64,000 bases of DNA from Octopus sinensis (Eukaryota), in assembly GCF_006345805.1 (NCBI RefSeq), contig NC_043003.1, forward strand, positions 89,528,001-89,592,000, written 5' to 3'. The notes beneath the pieces were generated by a model, which worked only from the letters and a program-made list of their open reading frames with translations, was not told the origin of the DNA and ran no database searches. The position numbers and the translations under genes were made by a program. Of the stretch, positions 63,522 to 64,000 are shown one piece after another. How positions within the stretch are numbered: the first letter of the stretch is position 1; each line of letters opens with the position of its first letter.

Positions 63522-64000
63522 TCATTATTCAGTTTATTTCAAGATTTCTCTCCAATAGAGAAAGAACCGGTTTCTAACCTAGATCCAAGGTCCCTTCATT
63601 GGAATTTCAACATCAACAACAGGGTATTTTTGTATGTATGTGCAAATGTGTATGTTTTATTTATGTATTCTCATGCATATAGTTGCATATCTAGACATGC
63701 TCATACATATATTTAAAGGATAAACTTCTGGAAACTTTTACAAACTTTTTACAGTTCCAGTGATGGATTGGATCTGTAGTCTTCGGATTAACTTTCTCCT
63801 TTCTGGTTTTGTGAAGTCTTCTTTCTCAAGATTGGTATTTATGCAGTGTTATATATCCCAGGGCCCCAATAATTACAGGTATAAACCTGAACTTGTTATC
63901 TGGATAGAGTAACTGCAGATTTCTCAATAGTTCAGCATAGGTGTTCTCTTTTTCACTGATCTTCAACTTTATGTTAACATCCGCTGGGCAGCTAATTCCC
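63522..64000 (-). mobile_element. 3' end of an RLE-type (R4/Dong-like) retrotransposon, continuing beyond the window
   Basis: ISCPADVNIKLKISEKENTYAELLRNLQLLYPDNKFRFIPVIIGALGY, the C-terminal part of a restriction-like endonuclease; 3' end TAAACTGAATAATGA abuts degenerate ATAC repeats. Confidence 0.8.

Overview
AT-rich, microsatellite-dense eukaryotic DNA. The SINE and retroelement repertoire suggests a cephalopod, probably Octopus (inference from recalled repeat families, not a database search). I found no convincing host protein-coding exon; the window is almost entirely transposable-element debris. It holds at least ten Penelope-like element (PLE) insertions. One is near-intact (27.9-32 kb: RT + GIY-YIG, 5' part inverted, long in-frame Asn/Gly/Ser-rich stretch). 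Many PLE 3' ends carry type-I hammerhead ribozyme (HHR) motifs: about 15 loci, several with complete core and stems, some as inverted pairs. Also present: a CsRn1-clade Gypsy element behind a PPT-LTR-PBS junction, a probable solo LTR with a 31-bp hairpin minisatellite, three mariner relics, Helitrons, two Merlin-like foldback MITEs (one with telomeric repeats), Tx1/L1-, RTE- and R4/Dong-like LINE fragments, and several tRNA-derived SINE families, one forming a CpG-decayed head-to-tail array. The most striking themes are the ribozyme-bearing inverted PLE termini and the partitioning of TE families among different microsatellite targets.
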